Below are positions 37,196-48,963 of a stretch of DNA of 64,000 bases, in pieces. The notes under the pieces were generated by a model, which did no database searches, was not told the DNA's origin, and saw nothing but the letters and a program-made list of their open reading frames with translations. The number at the start of each line of letters is the position of its first letter. Positions within the stretch are counted from its first letter, which is position 1. Source of the DNA: Octopus vulgaris (taxonomy: Eukaryota); contig OX597832.1 of assembly GCA_951406725.2 (NCBI GenBank), forward strand, positions 2,418,001 to 2,482,000. The letters run 5' to 3'. A program made the translations under genes and the position numbers.

Positions 37196-38441
37196 TAATT
37201 AGAGCAAGGCAGTTAGCATCCAAGATTAGTTAGAAGAGAGGCAGCTACATTCAAACTAAATGTTTGTAGAAGAATTTCTTCTAAATGCACCCAAGGTCCA
37301 AGTGGTGATTTAATCCTCCTGTCCAAAAATGCAGGGAAAGGAGCCTGTACTGCTTATCACAAGCCATTAACCCTTCAAACAATTGAGACCTTGTCAAAAG
37401 TCTTCTCCAGATAAACAATCATAGCAAAGCAAAGAACTTGTGCATTTTATTGTGTTATTGTTCCTTGGCATAACCCCTAATTACATCTCATTCAAGTTAG
37501 CCTTTATCTAAATTAACTTTGTTAAAACTCTTCCAACTATTTTCAACATCAGTGTGAAACCTTAATTGCCTCTCTCCAGTATTTCTCCTTTTCCTTAGTA
37601 GCAGTTGATGAGAGTACTGTTCTTGTCACCTTCCTGCACTACCTGATTTAACTAAGTATGTGACCTACATAACTTGATGCTCAGTAAATATCAGCAATGG
37701 ACAACTATTTTAATTTATAAATTCTTATTTAAAGCTTTTTTTTTTAAATCATAAGGTATAATTACATCTCACTAATTACCCCTTCTTCTTAATAGTTAGC
37801 CAGTGCTAATCTTTTCCAGCATGTTCTTTAATGTTCTTTAGTATGGAAACATAATCTATGTTTTATGATTAAAATTAAATTTAGAATGCGAGAGTACACA
37901 TATGACCTAAGGCTTTTGTAATGTATGGTCTTATTAAAAATAAATTTAAAATGCATATTATTTTATATTAACCCTGAAAGTTTTTTTAAAAATATTCCAT
38001 AGTTTATCAAGGTTTTATTTCGTAGCATTTAAAATTTTTATTTTTAACTTGAGCATTCTAGTGCTAATAACTGACAAAAACTTCATATTATGTTTTATAT
38101 TAGAAAGTGTTCAGTTCCTATGAATGAAAAAAGATATCAGGTTCTTAATATTTATTCACACTTCATAATAATTTTATAACTTTATAGATCTTTGTAGAGA
38201 ATTTAAGTATATTATCTTTTTTCTACATGTTGCTATCTGTACAAATTCTCTTTCAAATCTAGAATTAGTATGCACTTCAGTGCATAATTATTAAGTTATC
38301 AGTGTAGGAACAAGCAAAGTATAAATTGTAAGGTTTAATTTTTAAAAATTTTGTTTAATTAAATTTTATATATTATTTTAGAAAATAATTATATTTGAAT
38401 TATGTCTGTTAATTTATTGAATCTAATATTACTTTTAACAG

Positions 38442-38488
38442 GAGAGGAAAAGTCGTTTCTGGTGATAGCAGTGATGAATTTGAAGAAG
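38442..38488 (+). CDS. ATAD2: ATAD2 coding exon 3
   Basis: ttttaacag| (R)RGKVVSGDSSDEFEE(E) |gttggt. Phase 2 to 1. Confidence 0.65.
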
Positions 38489-38535
38489 GTTGGTAATCTT
38501 TATTAACTTAAATTTGTTTAGTTATAGATATAAAC

Positions 38536-38855
38536 TGGTGCAGGCATGGTTGTGTGGTAAGAAGTTTGCTTCCCAACCACATGGCCCTGGGTTCAGTGTG
38601 GCACCATGAACAACTGTCTTCTACAGCCTGGGCTGACCAAAGCCTTGTGAATGAATTTGGTAGGTGGAAACTGAAAGAAGCCTGTCATGTGTGTGTTTAT
38701 CCCTACCGCACCACTTGACAACAACCAGTGTTGGCTTGTTAATATTCCCATAACTTAGCAGTTCGACAGAAGAAATAAAAAAAGAGAAGTAATGGGGTGA
38801 TTTCTAGTGCTCCAGCATGATTGTAGTCCTATTACTTAAACAAATAAAAGATAAA
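38536..38855 (+). mobile_element. SINE family A
   Basis: ggtgcaggcatggttgtgtggtaagaag..gggttcag..ccagcatga..aaacaaataaaag. Confidence 0.75.
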
Positions 38856-39065
38856 CAATATATATATATATATATATCATCATCATCATCGTTTAACGTC
38901 CGCTTTCCATGCTGGCATGGGTTTTTTAATAATATATTATTATTAATATTAGTAAATCAATATCAGAAAACTCATCAGAAAGATATACACATGTGAAAAA
39001 TAATTGTTGTATTAAAAATATATAAATAATATAAATTTGTATAAAAATATGTATAAGTATAAATA

Positions 39066-40236
39066 TCTCTCTATATATAAAACTGAGAATGTCTGTCTGT
39101 CTCCCTAAAACTTGAGAACTACACAACCAATTTCATTCAAATTTTACACATGCCTTACTTAGGGTCCATGTAGTTTCATGGGCAAAAAAAATGTTCAACT
39201 TTTTGCCTAGGCGAGCCCATAGCAATATCATATCTTTTCCACTATTTCAGTATTACGTGTTAAAATGGAAACAAAAACATTTCTCTATTTCATGTCAGAT
39301 ACTTTCACTGTAACAATAAAAATTAGAGATAATAATAATTGAATTATATGTAGTAAGTAATAATTAAAATCAAACTAAAGTATAATATAATCGTAACATA
39401 ACAAAAGTAAAAATAGCAATTGGTATAAAATTGTATCACTGACTTGAACTTGAATAAGTGGTTTCACATGAATGGGAATAAATTAAAAATAAAATTAGCA
39501 TGCTGAAATGGAATAGTCCAGATGGAGCTGTGCACATACCGTTTACTGTGCATAACGTTTTTGTGTTGCATTTGTTAAATAATTGTAAACTGTAACCTTT
39601 GGGAGAAGGAGCTTTGGTTATTGTTTAAAAATTGAATTGTGTCCCTGTTTGGGGAAATTGACAATATTTTCACCGTTTATACGGAAGCATTTTTGTATGA
39701 ATGCTTTCGATAGAAGAAAGTCCAAAAATGAATTTTGCTGCAGCCGTCGGCGGGCGCAAACTCATTAAAATTAAAATGGAAGAAATACAAACCTATTTCG
39801 GATTGATCACCAACAAAGACGGTGAATCTAGGATAACACCACCAAACGAAATAAAATATTAAATTAAAGAAAAGACTATTGTCTTTAAAGTATACAATGT
39901 AGAGAGAAAAAAAAAGATTTGAACACCTGGAGGAAAGCACCATCGAAAAGTGTCTTGGTGTGACTATGAAAGAGATCTAACCAGAGGCGGTAAATTCGCC
40001 ACAATAGAAGCAAGGTTTGAGTCAACAGAACATGCAAGGGAGTACTCGACTCGAACCTTGCAAAGTGGAAATATTTTATTTTTACCTTTATATCTGGGAC
40101 ATAGGGCATCCCGGATAAAAATTTAAAATGTCCCCCCAGAAGTAGAGGTAGGCTGGATTGTAGCCACACTTCTATACAAGAGGGAGGACAAGATACAATT
40201 GATTGAAATTGCAAGAGACGGGCCTACAATTCCAGT
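39066..40236 (+). mobile_element. Probable non-autonomous Helitron
   Basis: Begins A|TCTCTCTATATATAAAAC..(tgtc)n, typical of Helitron 5' ends. The 3' end (gacgggcctacaattccagt) only loosely resembles hairpin+CTAG, so the right boundary is uncertain. Confidence 0.45.
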
Positions 40237-40365
40237 CTGTTATATATTTTGTCCCGGGGTCGAGTTGCTCGATTAAAGGCGGTGCTCCAGCATGGCTGCA
40301 GTCAAATGACTGAAACAAGTAAAAAATAAAAAATAAATATTGAATGATAGTTTTTTTTTAAAAAT

Positions 40366-40708
40366 TTAAAGTAATTCTATAAAATGGTGTTTGTTTGAAT
40401 GATAAATTAAAAATTACTGCTTTTGATTAGAGTTTTTAAATCCATATATACTTCCTTGGTTAGTCTTCTGCAATAATCCATAATATTCATATGTAAAATC
40501 CGTTATATTGTCTTGTATTCCAAATATAGTTCATATAGTTAGTTTGGAAATGTGAAACTAACTATATGAACTATATTTGGAATACAAGACAATATAATGG
40601 ATTTTACATATGAATATTATGGATTATTGCAGAAGACTCATCAAAAGCAGTAATTTTTAATTCTTAATTTATATTTCAAACAAACACCATTTTATAATAT
40701 TACTTTAA
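40366..40708. repeat. Long fold-back palindrome
   Basis: Inner arms 40462-40545 and 40555-40638 are nearly perfect with a 9-nt loop; outer arms extend pairing to ~40366/40708. Confidence 0.92.
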
Positions 40709-40938
40709 GTTCAGTTATCTTGGTTATAAAATTTTGTTGTCTCTTGTTTGCTATGGTTTTGGAGGCTAATTTAAGTAATTCTAACCTATATCTTGAAGTT
40801 CATTCAACTTCTGTATTAATTTGGTAATGTTCACAGTTTATGAAGTTTTTAATGAAAAAAATGTTAAAATTTATTGCAAGACACATCGAGAAACAAAAAT
40901 TACAAATCTTTTATTTTTTTATATATATATATATATAG

Positions 40939-41186
40939 AGGTGGAGTTTGCTGACAAAAGTTGCAATAAACTACATATGAAGGTAAAAAGAGATGAAAGA
41001 AAAAAGTCTGGGAAAACAAACAATAAACCACTTCTGCCAACACGAAGATCCACTCGTAAACGATCTTTGTTGTTTTTATCTTCTGATGTAACTGAGACAA
41101 ACAACATTACTCTGGAAGATGATCATAGTAATAATGAATCACACAAGCGTAAGAGAACCAATGTTGATGAGATTGATGACTCTTTG
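40939..41186 (+). CDS. ATAD2: ATAD2 coding exon 4
   Basis: (ta)n-tag| (E)VEFADKSCNKLHMKVKRDERKKSGK...NVDEIDDSL |gtaaga. Phase 1 to 0; basic/acidic disordered sequence within ORF 40821-41225. Confidence 0.75.
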
Positions 41187-41609
41187 GTAAGATTTCTTAT
41201 TTTATATATACCTATTCTAAAGTAATTTTGATGACTCAATGAGTCATTCAAGTTTTTTTTTTTTTTTTCCTGAAAGAACATTATAAAAATCACTTAGTAT
41301 AAAAGATATCTATTTGACATAAATGTATATAAAAATAATTGATTCATTTCTTTTTGTTAGTTGTATTATTAGTTATATTATTATTATTGTATATTAGTTG
41401 TATGGTTAAGAAATGAAAGAAATCAAATTGATAATAGTTTCTGATTCAGTTATTTTGATGTAGCTACATTCCTATTGTAGAAGTTAGAAATGGTGTTTGC
41501 AACATTTATGTGACTTTTCATTTTTAAAGTAAATATATATATATGTCAGTAAATGCTGACAGTATTCAAGTATCCTCTATACCAACAGAAATAATTATTC
41601 TATTTTCAG

Positions 41610-41709
41610 GAGTTTACAGATATGTACAGTCGTGTCAAAAGAAATCGTGCACAGCGTAAGTTCACAACAGTTTTAAATGGAATGCACAGCACCAGACAAA
41701 ATATTGATG
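41610..41709 (+). CDS. ATAD2: ATAD2 coding exon 5
   Basis: ttttcag| EFTDMYSRVKRNRAQRKFTTVLNGMHSTRQNID |gtgaga. Phase 0 to 1; alternative in-phase donor after 41655. Confidence 0.75.
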
Positions 41710-42454
41710 GTGAGAAATATTCAGTAATTTTTTTTTTCCAGATGCCCCCCCAATAAGAAAATTTACTATAAAAGATATCTGCATATTTCCTTGCCTCAAT
41801 TTAATCATTTTCTATTATTAAATGAATTGAGTAATTTGCTGCAGCTTGATTATCTTTTAATATCTGTACCTTAAAATATAGTTGTGCTGTTTTAGAAGAT
41901 ATGTCATATACCACTCATTGTTGATTCTTGTGTTCATACCACTAGAAGTGCAAGCTGACTATAAAGCAGTTGTAAACCAGCTACTAACAAGCAATCTGCA
42001 AGAGAGGTCTCGAAATAAAAATTGTGTGTTCTGAATGTCTCGTACTACTGACCTTTTGCTATGAGATGGTTTGATATTTTAGTAATTTATTGAATATTTA
42101 CCCCTCCATCCAGCCTTTCTATGTGAGACCAACAATTAATTATTGGTATTCCTTAGTTTTGAATCCTTTTTTTCTCTTGCTGTGCATAACATTTGAAGTT
42201 AACAAAGTTATTTGCTTCATCAACTTATCACTTTTTTTTAACTATTTAAAAAATGTTTTCATGTTTTTATTTCATTTATTTTTGTTTTTAATAACGTACT
42301 TTGTATAAAGATTGTATTGATTTCAAATGAAAAAGGCTATCTAAATAAGTTCTAATTTTTTTTGTTTTTAAAATTTACTGTTTGCTTTAAATAAAATATT
42401 TTGATGTTTGTTTTATTTAAAACTGTTTATGAAGTTATGTATTAATGTTATTAG

Positions 42455-42616
42455 ATTTTGATGAGTGTCAAGACAACCAGGGTGATGTTGATGAAGAAGT
42501 TGATGAGGATGATGATGATGCAGATGATGATAGTGAGACACAAGAACCACCTCGACGTTCATATTATTTAAGGGAGCACAAACCACGTACAAAATTATTT
42601 GAAGCCCCACCTATAG
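42455..42616 (+). CDS. ATAD2: ATAD2 coding exon 6 (acidic tract)
   Basis: ttag| DFDECQDNQGDVDEEVDEDDDDADDDSETQEPPRRSYYLREHKPRTKLFEAPPI |gttagt. The acidic tract followed by R.YYLR is as in ATAD2. Confidence 0.88.
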
Positions 42617-42836
42617 GTTAGTAACAGTTGGGATTTAGACTCATCACCTTATAAACAATTTGTTTTTCTATGATTAAAAAAAGTTGTTGAATAATCTGAT
42701 AGTATACATGAAAATTTGTACTAAATTATCTATGTGAGTGTGACTTTGTATTAGCATTAAACAGTAGATATTCATTGCATTGAGACAGATTTTATATCTT
42801 TTTTATATATCTCAATAATTTATCTCTCTTCATTAA

Positions 42837-43824
42837 CCCTTTATAACTGTAACTTTTTTACTTATCAACATTTTAATGTGATATTTGGAACATAATTAAA
42901 GAAAGGGTTCTTAATCAATTCTATTGCATAACTTTTGTCTCAAAGTGACTTTAATTACAGGTAAATCCAGGTAAAATGAGCAAAAGGTAAAAATATTAAA
43001 ATTTTGTTTAAACATCACCATAGAAAATGAATCATCAGCTAATATTCAAATGGGTATGCAACAAAATTTTGATAAAGAAGAATTGTGCACATCACTATAT
43101 CATCAGTTGAATTTAATGCACAACAGGTGTACCATAAAGGTGGAATAAACTGAAATATTGGAATCCACCGTAAGTTTGATCGAACTAAAGAAATCGGTCA
43201 AAAAATAATATACGGCCCTGGTTATGGTATGGAAGTGATAAATTCCAGACCACATCGTTCCCTAGGCCATGCTGACTAACATTATTTTCCCTGTCTAAAA
43301 ACTAAATCCACGCAGTACCCAGTATTTGCTTCACAAATTTTTACGAAATTTGAACCCCCATTTTGTGTTTGTTTACGTTCTGCGTAAGTTTGTTTCCGCA
43401 TTGATCGCTTCAAACAATAACTTCCAGACCACATCATACCCTAAGCCATGCTGACTAACATTAGTTTCCCTGTATAAAAACTAAATCTACAACAGTACCC
43501 AGTATTTGTTTCACAAATTTTCCAATTCGGAATCAATGCTTGATAACATGAAACTCCTATCCATTTTCAAAGTTGAAGAAAAATCGATGCCGAAAAAAAT
43601 GTGGAAAAAAATCTTCCAAAATTCAGGGAATTAAAATTACACGTCGATCTTTGTACAAAACTGTAGTTAGACTGTTTACAAAGTAAAATACGTGTTTTCA
43701 CGAATGTACTAAAGAGATTTGCTCTGATATTCTCATTTAAATATGAATAGGTAAATTTGGGCGGTTTGGTCACATTAACCAAAATTTCTTTCGGGCGGCT
43801 TTGGGCGGTTTGGTAACGAAAGGG
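42837..43824. mobile_element. Non-autonomous piggyBac-type element
   Basis: TTAA|CCCTTTATAAC (degenerate left TIR) ... GTAACGAAAGGG|TTAA. Subterminal GGGCGGTTTGG repeats; ~100 bp internal direct repeat at 43243 and 43421. Confidence 0.7.
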
Positions 43825-44299
43825 TTAATTATTCTTTGATGTCAAAGAAATTAAGGTTTGAAATATGTTGCTAGTATCAGCAATTTAGTGTCAGGATTTC
43901 AGTGGATATTAAAATGATTTCTTGTCATGTATTGATGCCTATTTGTTAAAATATTGATATTTCTATATTTTAGTGATTTTGAACTGAACTTAAGGTGTTG
44001 GACTATTGGCCAATTGTTTAAGAGTTCAAAACTTGCTACAGCTATTGTATAATGCTCCTAAGTAAGATACAATACTTGTAGTAAAAATGAGTGTCACTCC
44101 TATTTCACAGTTCATTGGTTAGCAGTAGTAAGAACATCCAATTATAAAAACATATTCGCTAAGAGAAAAGAAGAAAATGTAAATATTGAAATTTGCAGAA
44201 TCATTCCACATTCTGACACACAAATATGAATGTAAAAGAATAAAAAAGAATTGTTATAATTTAATAAATTTCTTATATGTTTTTTATGCTAAATTTTAG

Positions 44300-44411
44300 A
44301 CTCTCTTAAAAAACGAAATAAAAATCTTCCGTATTGTGACACTCCTGCTAGTTCCTCTCATGGAATGCACACATCTTACAGATCTCCTGCACATAGAAAT
44401 GGAAACATGCG
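44300..44411 (+). CDS. ATAD2: ATAD2 coding exon 7
   Basis: ttttag| DSLKKRNKNLPYCDTPASSSHGMHTSYRSPAHRNGNM(R) |gtaagt. Phase 1 to 2. Confidence 0.82.
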
Positions 44412-44689
44412 GTAAGTCTGTCATTATCATAACTATGATACATGCTATTGTCCAAGATGTATTTTTCTTAGTTTTTGCTTCTACTATATATTTACACGCA
44501 CATGTGTGTATTAATTGCATGTAGATATATTAAAATGTATAAAAATTTTTTTTTTTTAATATATTTATATGTGTGTATTTAATTCATATATACACTGTGA
44601 AGTATTGCCCAGTGGGTAGCACTTGTGTATGTGTATAACATATAATTATTATCATCATCTCTTAATATCTTCATTCCGTGCTGTTTTTC

Positions 44690-45500
44690 AGTGTAGTTCT
44701 CCTGCCATTTTTTTATACTTTCAAACCTGTTCCTTCAATTTTTGACCATTTACTAGACTGTTCCACTATCACATTATCCTTTGTCTGGTATGTCTCCTTC
44801 AGTAGGTTGTCCCATATGAACTTCTAATTATCTTCTCTGATGCTATTTCCTGTTTCTCCTTGTCAAATGTTTCAATTAGAATTTCTCTAAATCTCTGAGT
44901 GTTTAATGGATCTTGAAGCTTTCATATCTTCCTTTTCCAGACTGGTTTATATCTCTGAGTCTTGGCTTTAAGTCTGATGTTACTAACTACTAAGTTGTGT
45001 TGAGTATATTCTTACAAGTGAAGGATTTTACATTCACAAGTATCATCTGCCTATCTCTGATGAGGCAATGGTCAATCTGTCCTGTGTGTCTACTAGCTTG
45101 ATAGGTGATCTGGTAGCTGGCTGGTTTGCTGAAGTTAGTTTTGCAGATTACAAAACTCCAAGAGCCTTGTTTTCTCCTCATTTTTAGAACCAAAGACATA
45201 ACCTCCATGTACACCATAAAATCCATTGGGTTGCTGCTGAAGCTGTTTGTTGAAGTCACCAGCCACTATAAGAAGATCATTGTCATTTGCCATCGAGGTA
45301 ATCTGTAAACGGGCTTTGTAGAAACAGGTTTTTGATTCATCTACCAGACCAGCTTCTGTAGCACATGCAAAGATAAATGTTGCTATCATATTTTCTAAGG
45401 CTAGTCTAAGCTTAATTATCCTATCACATACACTAACTACTTTGGTCACTTTATCCATTTTTGTCATAAGTATACCCACACCACCCATCTACATTCCTCC
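44690..45500 (-). mobile_element. RTE LINE endonuclease fragment
   Basis: GGVGIL..VCDRIIKLRL..LLIVAGDFN..GVHGGY.FG..QIDHCL motifs. Confidence 0.75.
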
Positions 45501-45769
45501 ACTCAAGCATTTTTATGTTCTCACTGGATCTACCTTTTCATTGTGTCAGTATTGATCATGGCAGCTCTAAGGTTGTGGACTGGGGAGTAATTAGGGGATA
45601 ATTTTCAGAAAAAAGATCAACACTTTCAAAACTGCCTGCCAGCTGGCAGCACTTTCTAGTACCTGTCCAGTGAAACAAGTATTATTTGCACTCAACAGAT
45701 TATATTTTCTGTCAATCCCATAAATCTCTCTAGGACAAGTACCTGCAATGAGTATGGCTAAGAGATAAC

Positions 45770-46125
45770 AGTTTACTCAAAGTAGCTGGCCTGAGCTTCC
45801 ATCATGGTCTCAAAACGGCTTCGGAACCTGGTTCATGATTTCCTCACTGTTCTTTGGGAAGATCAAATACCTCCTTGATCTTGGCCACTAGCTTGGTCTT
45901 AGTTGTGCAGGCAGAGCAGTTGGTATCTTTCTCAATCATGCCCCACACATAGTAATCAATGGGATTACAGCCAGGGCAATTAGTAGGCTAGAAATTGGAG
46001 CTAGTACAGTCGTAGAAATTCTGACAACCACTTCAAACTCTTTGGCCTCTCCAGCCAGGGTTTGACCACAGTCTCTAACAGCTTCACATAACTGTCTGAA
46101 TTGAGCCTTAGGCCCTGTTCTAAGG
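45770..46125 (-). mobile_element. maT/DD37D-like transposase C-terminal remnant
   Basis: YVKLLETVVKPWLE.. and F*PTNCPGCNPIDYYVWGMIEKDTN..TKTKLVAKIKEVF, compare WPPNSPDLNPxDYxVW. Confidence 0.7.
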
Positions 46126-47659
46126 TGTGGGGATAAATTCCAGCATGAATATACAGATAGAATGCCTGCTGTGTCCCTTCATGCTGGCTACCAGCCCCTT
46201 ATTCTTTTGTTGTTTTTCCTGTAACATGAAAATTTTGATGCTGAAAGAAAAGTTTTTTCAAAATAAAAAAATTTTTTAAATCCACACATCCCTTTGAATG
46301 CACAACACTATCACATCTCACTGTCATACTATAATTCTAGATGTTTAAAAATCATCTATTCATTTGAGCATTCATAGAAGCTTGTTGAACAAGACAATGA
46401 AATGAGGATGCTAGAAATAGCCACTACATGTTCGAAAAGATGCCTTCCAAAATTTTAATTTTTTAAATCATAGGGGGACTTTAATGTAATCAATCCACAT
46501 GCTAGAAATAGCAGTTAAGTCTAAACTCGATTAGATGACTGTTATGAATCAACTCTTTACTTCAGCTATCCTGGCACAGGTGGTCTCTTGTTCAGTTCCA
46601 GTGTGTGGCACCTTGAGCAAGTGTCTTCTTCACCATTGTTTAACGTCCGCTTTCCATGCTGGCATGGGTTGGACAGTTTGACATGGAGTTGGCTAGCAGC
46701 GAGCTGTCCAGCCTCCAGCTGTTTGTTGAGGCATAGTTTCTGTGGCTGGATGCCCTTTCTAACACCAACCACTTAAGTGTGCTGGGTTCATTTTACATGC
46801 CACCAGCACATATGCATTTACACAGCACCAGCACCTGCAAAGGCAAAATGCTATGTGCGGAAAACAGTGATTTTACTTAGCTTGATGCATCTTACCACGT
46901 ACTTGTCATTTGCTCAGTGAGGCTCAGCATCTGAAGATTCCTTCTATCCACTTTATCCCACTTCTTCTTGGGTCCACCTCTTCCACAATTAGAACATAGC
47001 ACTTTTTTATGCAGCTGTCCTCATCGATACACATCACATGACCAAACCAGCACAGTCTTCTCTCTTGAACACATCATCTGATGCTTTTATACCCAGTTTT
47101 CTGTATAAATATGTGTGTTTTGTGTATCCTTGTCCTGATATCATGAGATGGTTATAAATGGGCATTGCTGTCATACAGGCACTACTGTTCATTTCCAGTC
47201 TTCTGTGAGAAAACACATCTGGTGATGAAAAATGTTACCTTGATTGGAAACTGAGGGTTGGCAACAGGAAAGGCATCTGACCATAGAAAATCTGTTGCAA
47301 CAAATTCCATCTTACCCATGTATGCATAGAAAAGTGGATGTTCAATGATGATAATGATCATGCCTTGATATTTTGTTTGGTTAAAATATATCGAGTTTTA
47401 TGCTTTTTTTTATTCTTTAGTTTATTCATCATTTCACTAATTACAGAAGTCTGAATGGTTAGTGTGTAACTTAAGATTCAATAGTGTTTGTATATGAGTC
47501 AAATTTGCCTCTGGATAAGGTGGAAAGTGTGTTTTAGACATCAGTCTCTCAGAATTATTGGTTCCTGTTCCTAGAAAACATATGAGCATTGTTTAATTTT
47601 AAATTTTATATTAACAGAGATGATTTACTTTTCATTTTTAATTTGATATTTTTGTTCAG

Positions 47660-47773
47660 AAGACGAACAGCGTTCCATGGAAGCTCTTCTACCTCATCTA
47701 GCAGTGATTCAAGTGATGATGAGCGGCGGTTTGAGAGAAGGAAAGCCAAGAGTATGACCCGAGCACGGAATAG
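47660..47773 (+). CDS. ATAD2: ATAD2 coding exon 8
   Basis: ttcag| RRTAFHGSSSTSSSSDSSDDERRFERRKAKSMTRARN(R) |gtaaga. Conserved ATAD2 segment; CAGAAG NAGNAG acceptor. Confidence 0.92.
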
Positions 47774-48323
47774 GTAAGATTGAATCTTCTGCAAATGACT
47801 GAAAATACAAGATAGGATTATAATTTTAAAATTTTTATTTCATCTAAATGGATCTGATTGTTAATTATCTTTACTTCTGTTAAGTGTCTATAAATAATCT
47901 AGTAATGCAGATTTATGAAATATGTTCCAATTTCACACTTTGTTGTATTTAAATTTTTAACTTGCTAGTTAATCAATACATTTATTCTATTGTTTTGCGT
48001 CTTCTCAAATTTAAAAATAAGATATAATCTTAGCAAGATAATATTTTATTTTTGTCTTGGCTTTTCACTGCATTTTTGATTTCATAAATAATAATATATT
48101 TTTACTTGTTTCTTTTAATGTTATTTTACACTTTTGAATCAGGTGATTTATTTTTTTACTCACTCATTTATTTTTAAGATTTGAAATTTTGTTGTATTTA
48201 TTTTCTATATGAATACTATTTAAATCAAATTACTCGTTAAACTAGGTCTTTAAAGCTCTATAGAATATGGTCGATGTTTAATGTAAATGTGGTCTATTTC
48301 TCATTTAAAAAAAATATTATACA

Positions 48324-48660
48324 TAGGTGCAGGCATGGTTGTGTGGTTAAGAAGTTCACCTCTCAACCATATGGTTTCATAGCATAGTCTTCTGCTATAG
48401 CACCAGGTCGGCCAATGCCTTGTGAGTAAATTTGGTAGACATAAACTGTGTGGAAGCCTGTTGTATATGTAGATATGTGTGTGTGTTTGTTTCTCATTGC
48501 TTAACAACCAGTTAGGTTTGTTTACAAACTTAATGGTTTGGCAAAAAAAAAAAATAATAAATAAAGAGAGGCTGTTAGAATAAATTCCAGACATATTTGA
48601 TGTTACCAACTCTTCAAACTGGCACCCACCATGGCTGCAGTTGAATAAATTAATAACAGA
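48324..48660 (+). mobile_element. SINE family A
   Basis: aggtgcaggcatggttgtgtggttaagaag..gccttgtgagtaaatttggtagac..catggctgcagt. Confidence 0.7.
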
Positions 48661-48851
48661 ATAACAGGATCAGTATTCTGAAAATAATCTTCCTCTCGTT
48701 GATCAGCAAATATTGACACCTATGGTTTCTAGATTTGATGTACTTTTTAGGTGTAATTAATGTCAAACTTACTGAAATATATGAAATTGATTTTAATGAA
48801 AAGAATTAAAAGAAATATTTCATTACATACATCTTTCTTGACATGTTTAAG

Positions 48852-48963
48852 GTGTTTGCCAATGAATTATGGCAATGAAGATCTTGCTAATTCACTTGTG
48901 AGGGATCGTTTGAGAATTGGATCCAGTTTGGCTGATGTTGACCCAATGACAGTTGACAAAAGG
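48852..48963 (+). CDS. ATAD2: ATAD2 coding exon 9
   Basis: ttaag| CLPMNYGNEDLANSLVRDRLRIGSSLADVDPMTVDKR |gtaact. RCLP.N and G.SLADVDPM are ATAD2 hallmarks. Confidence 0.94.

Noticed and set aside
38489-38498. Alternative donor TG|gtaatc for ATAD2 exon 3
   Set aside because: Phase 2 gives a stop or frameshift with either acceptor of exon 4.
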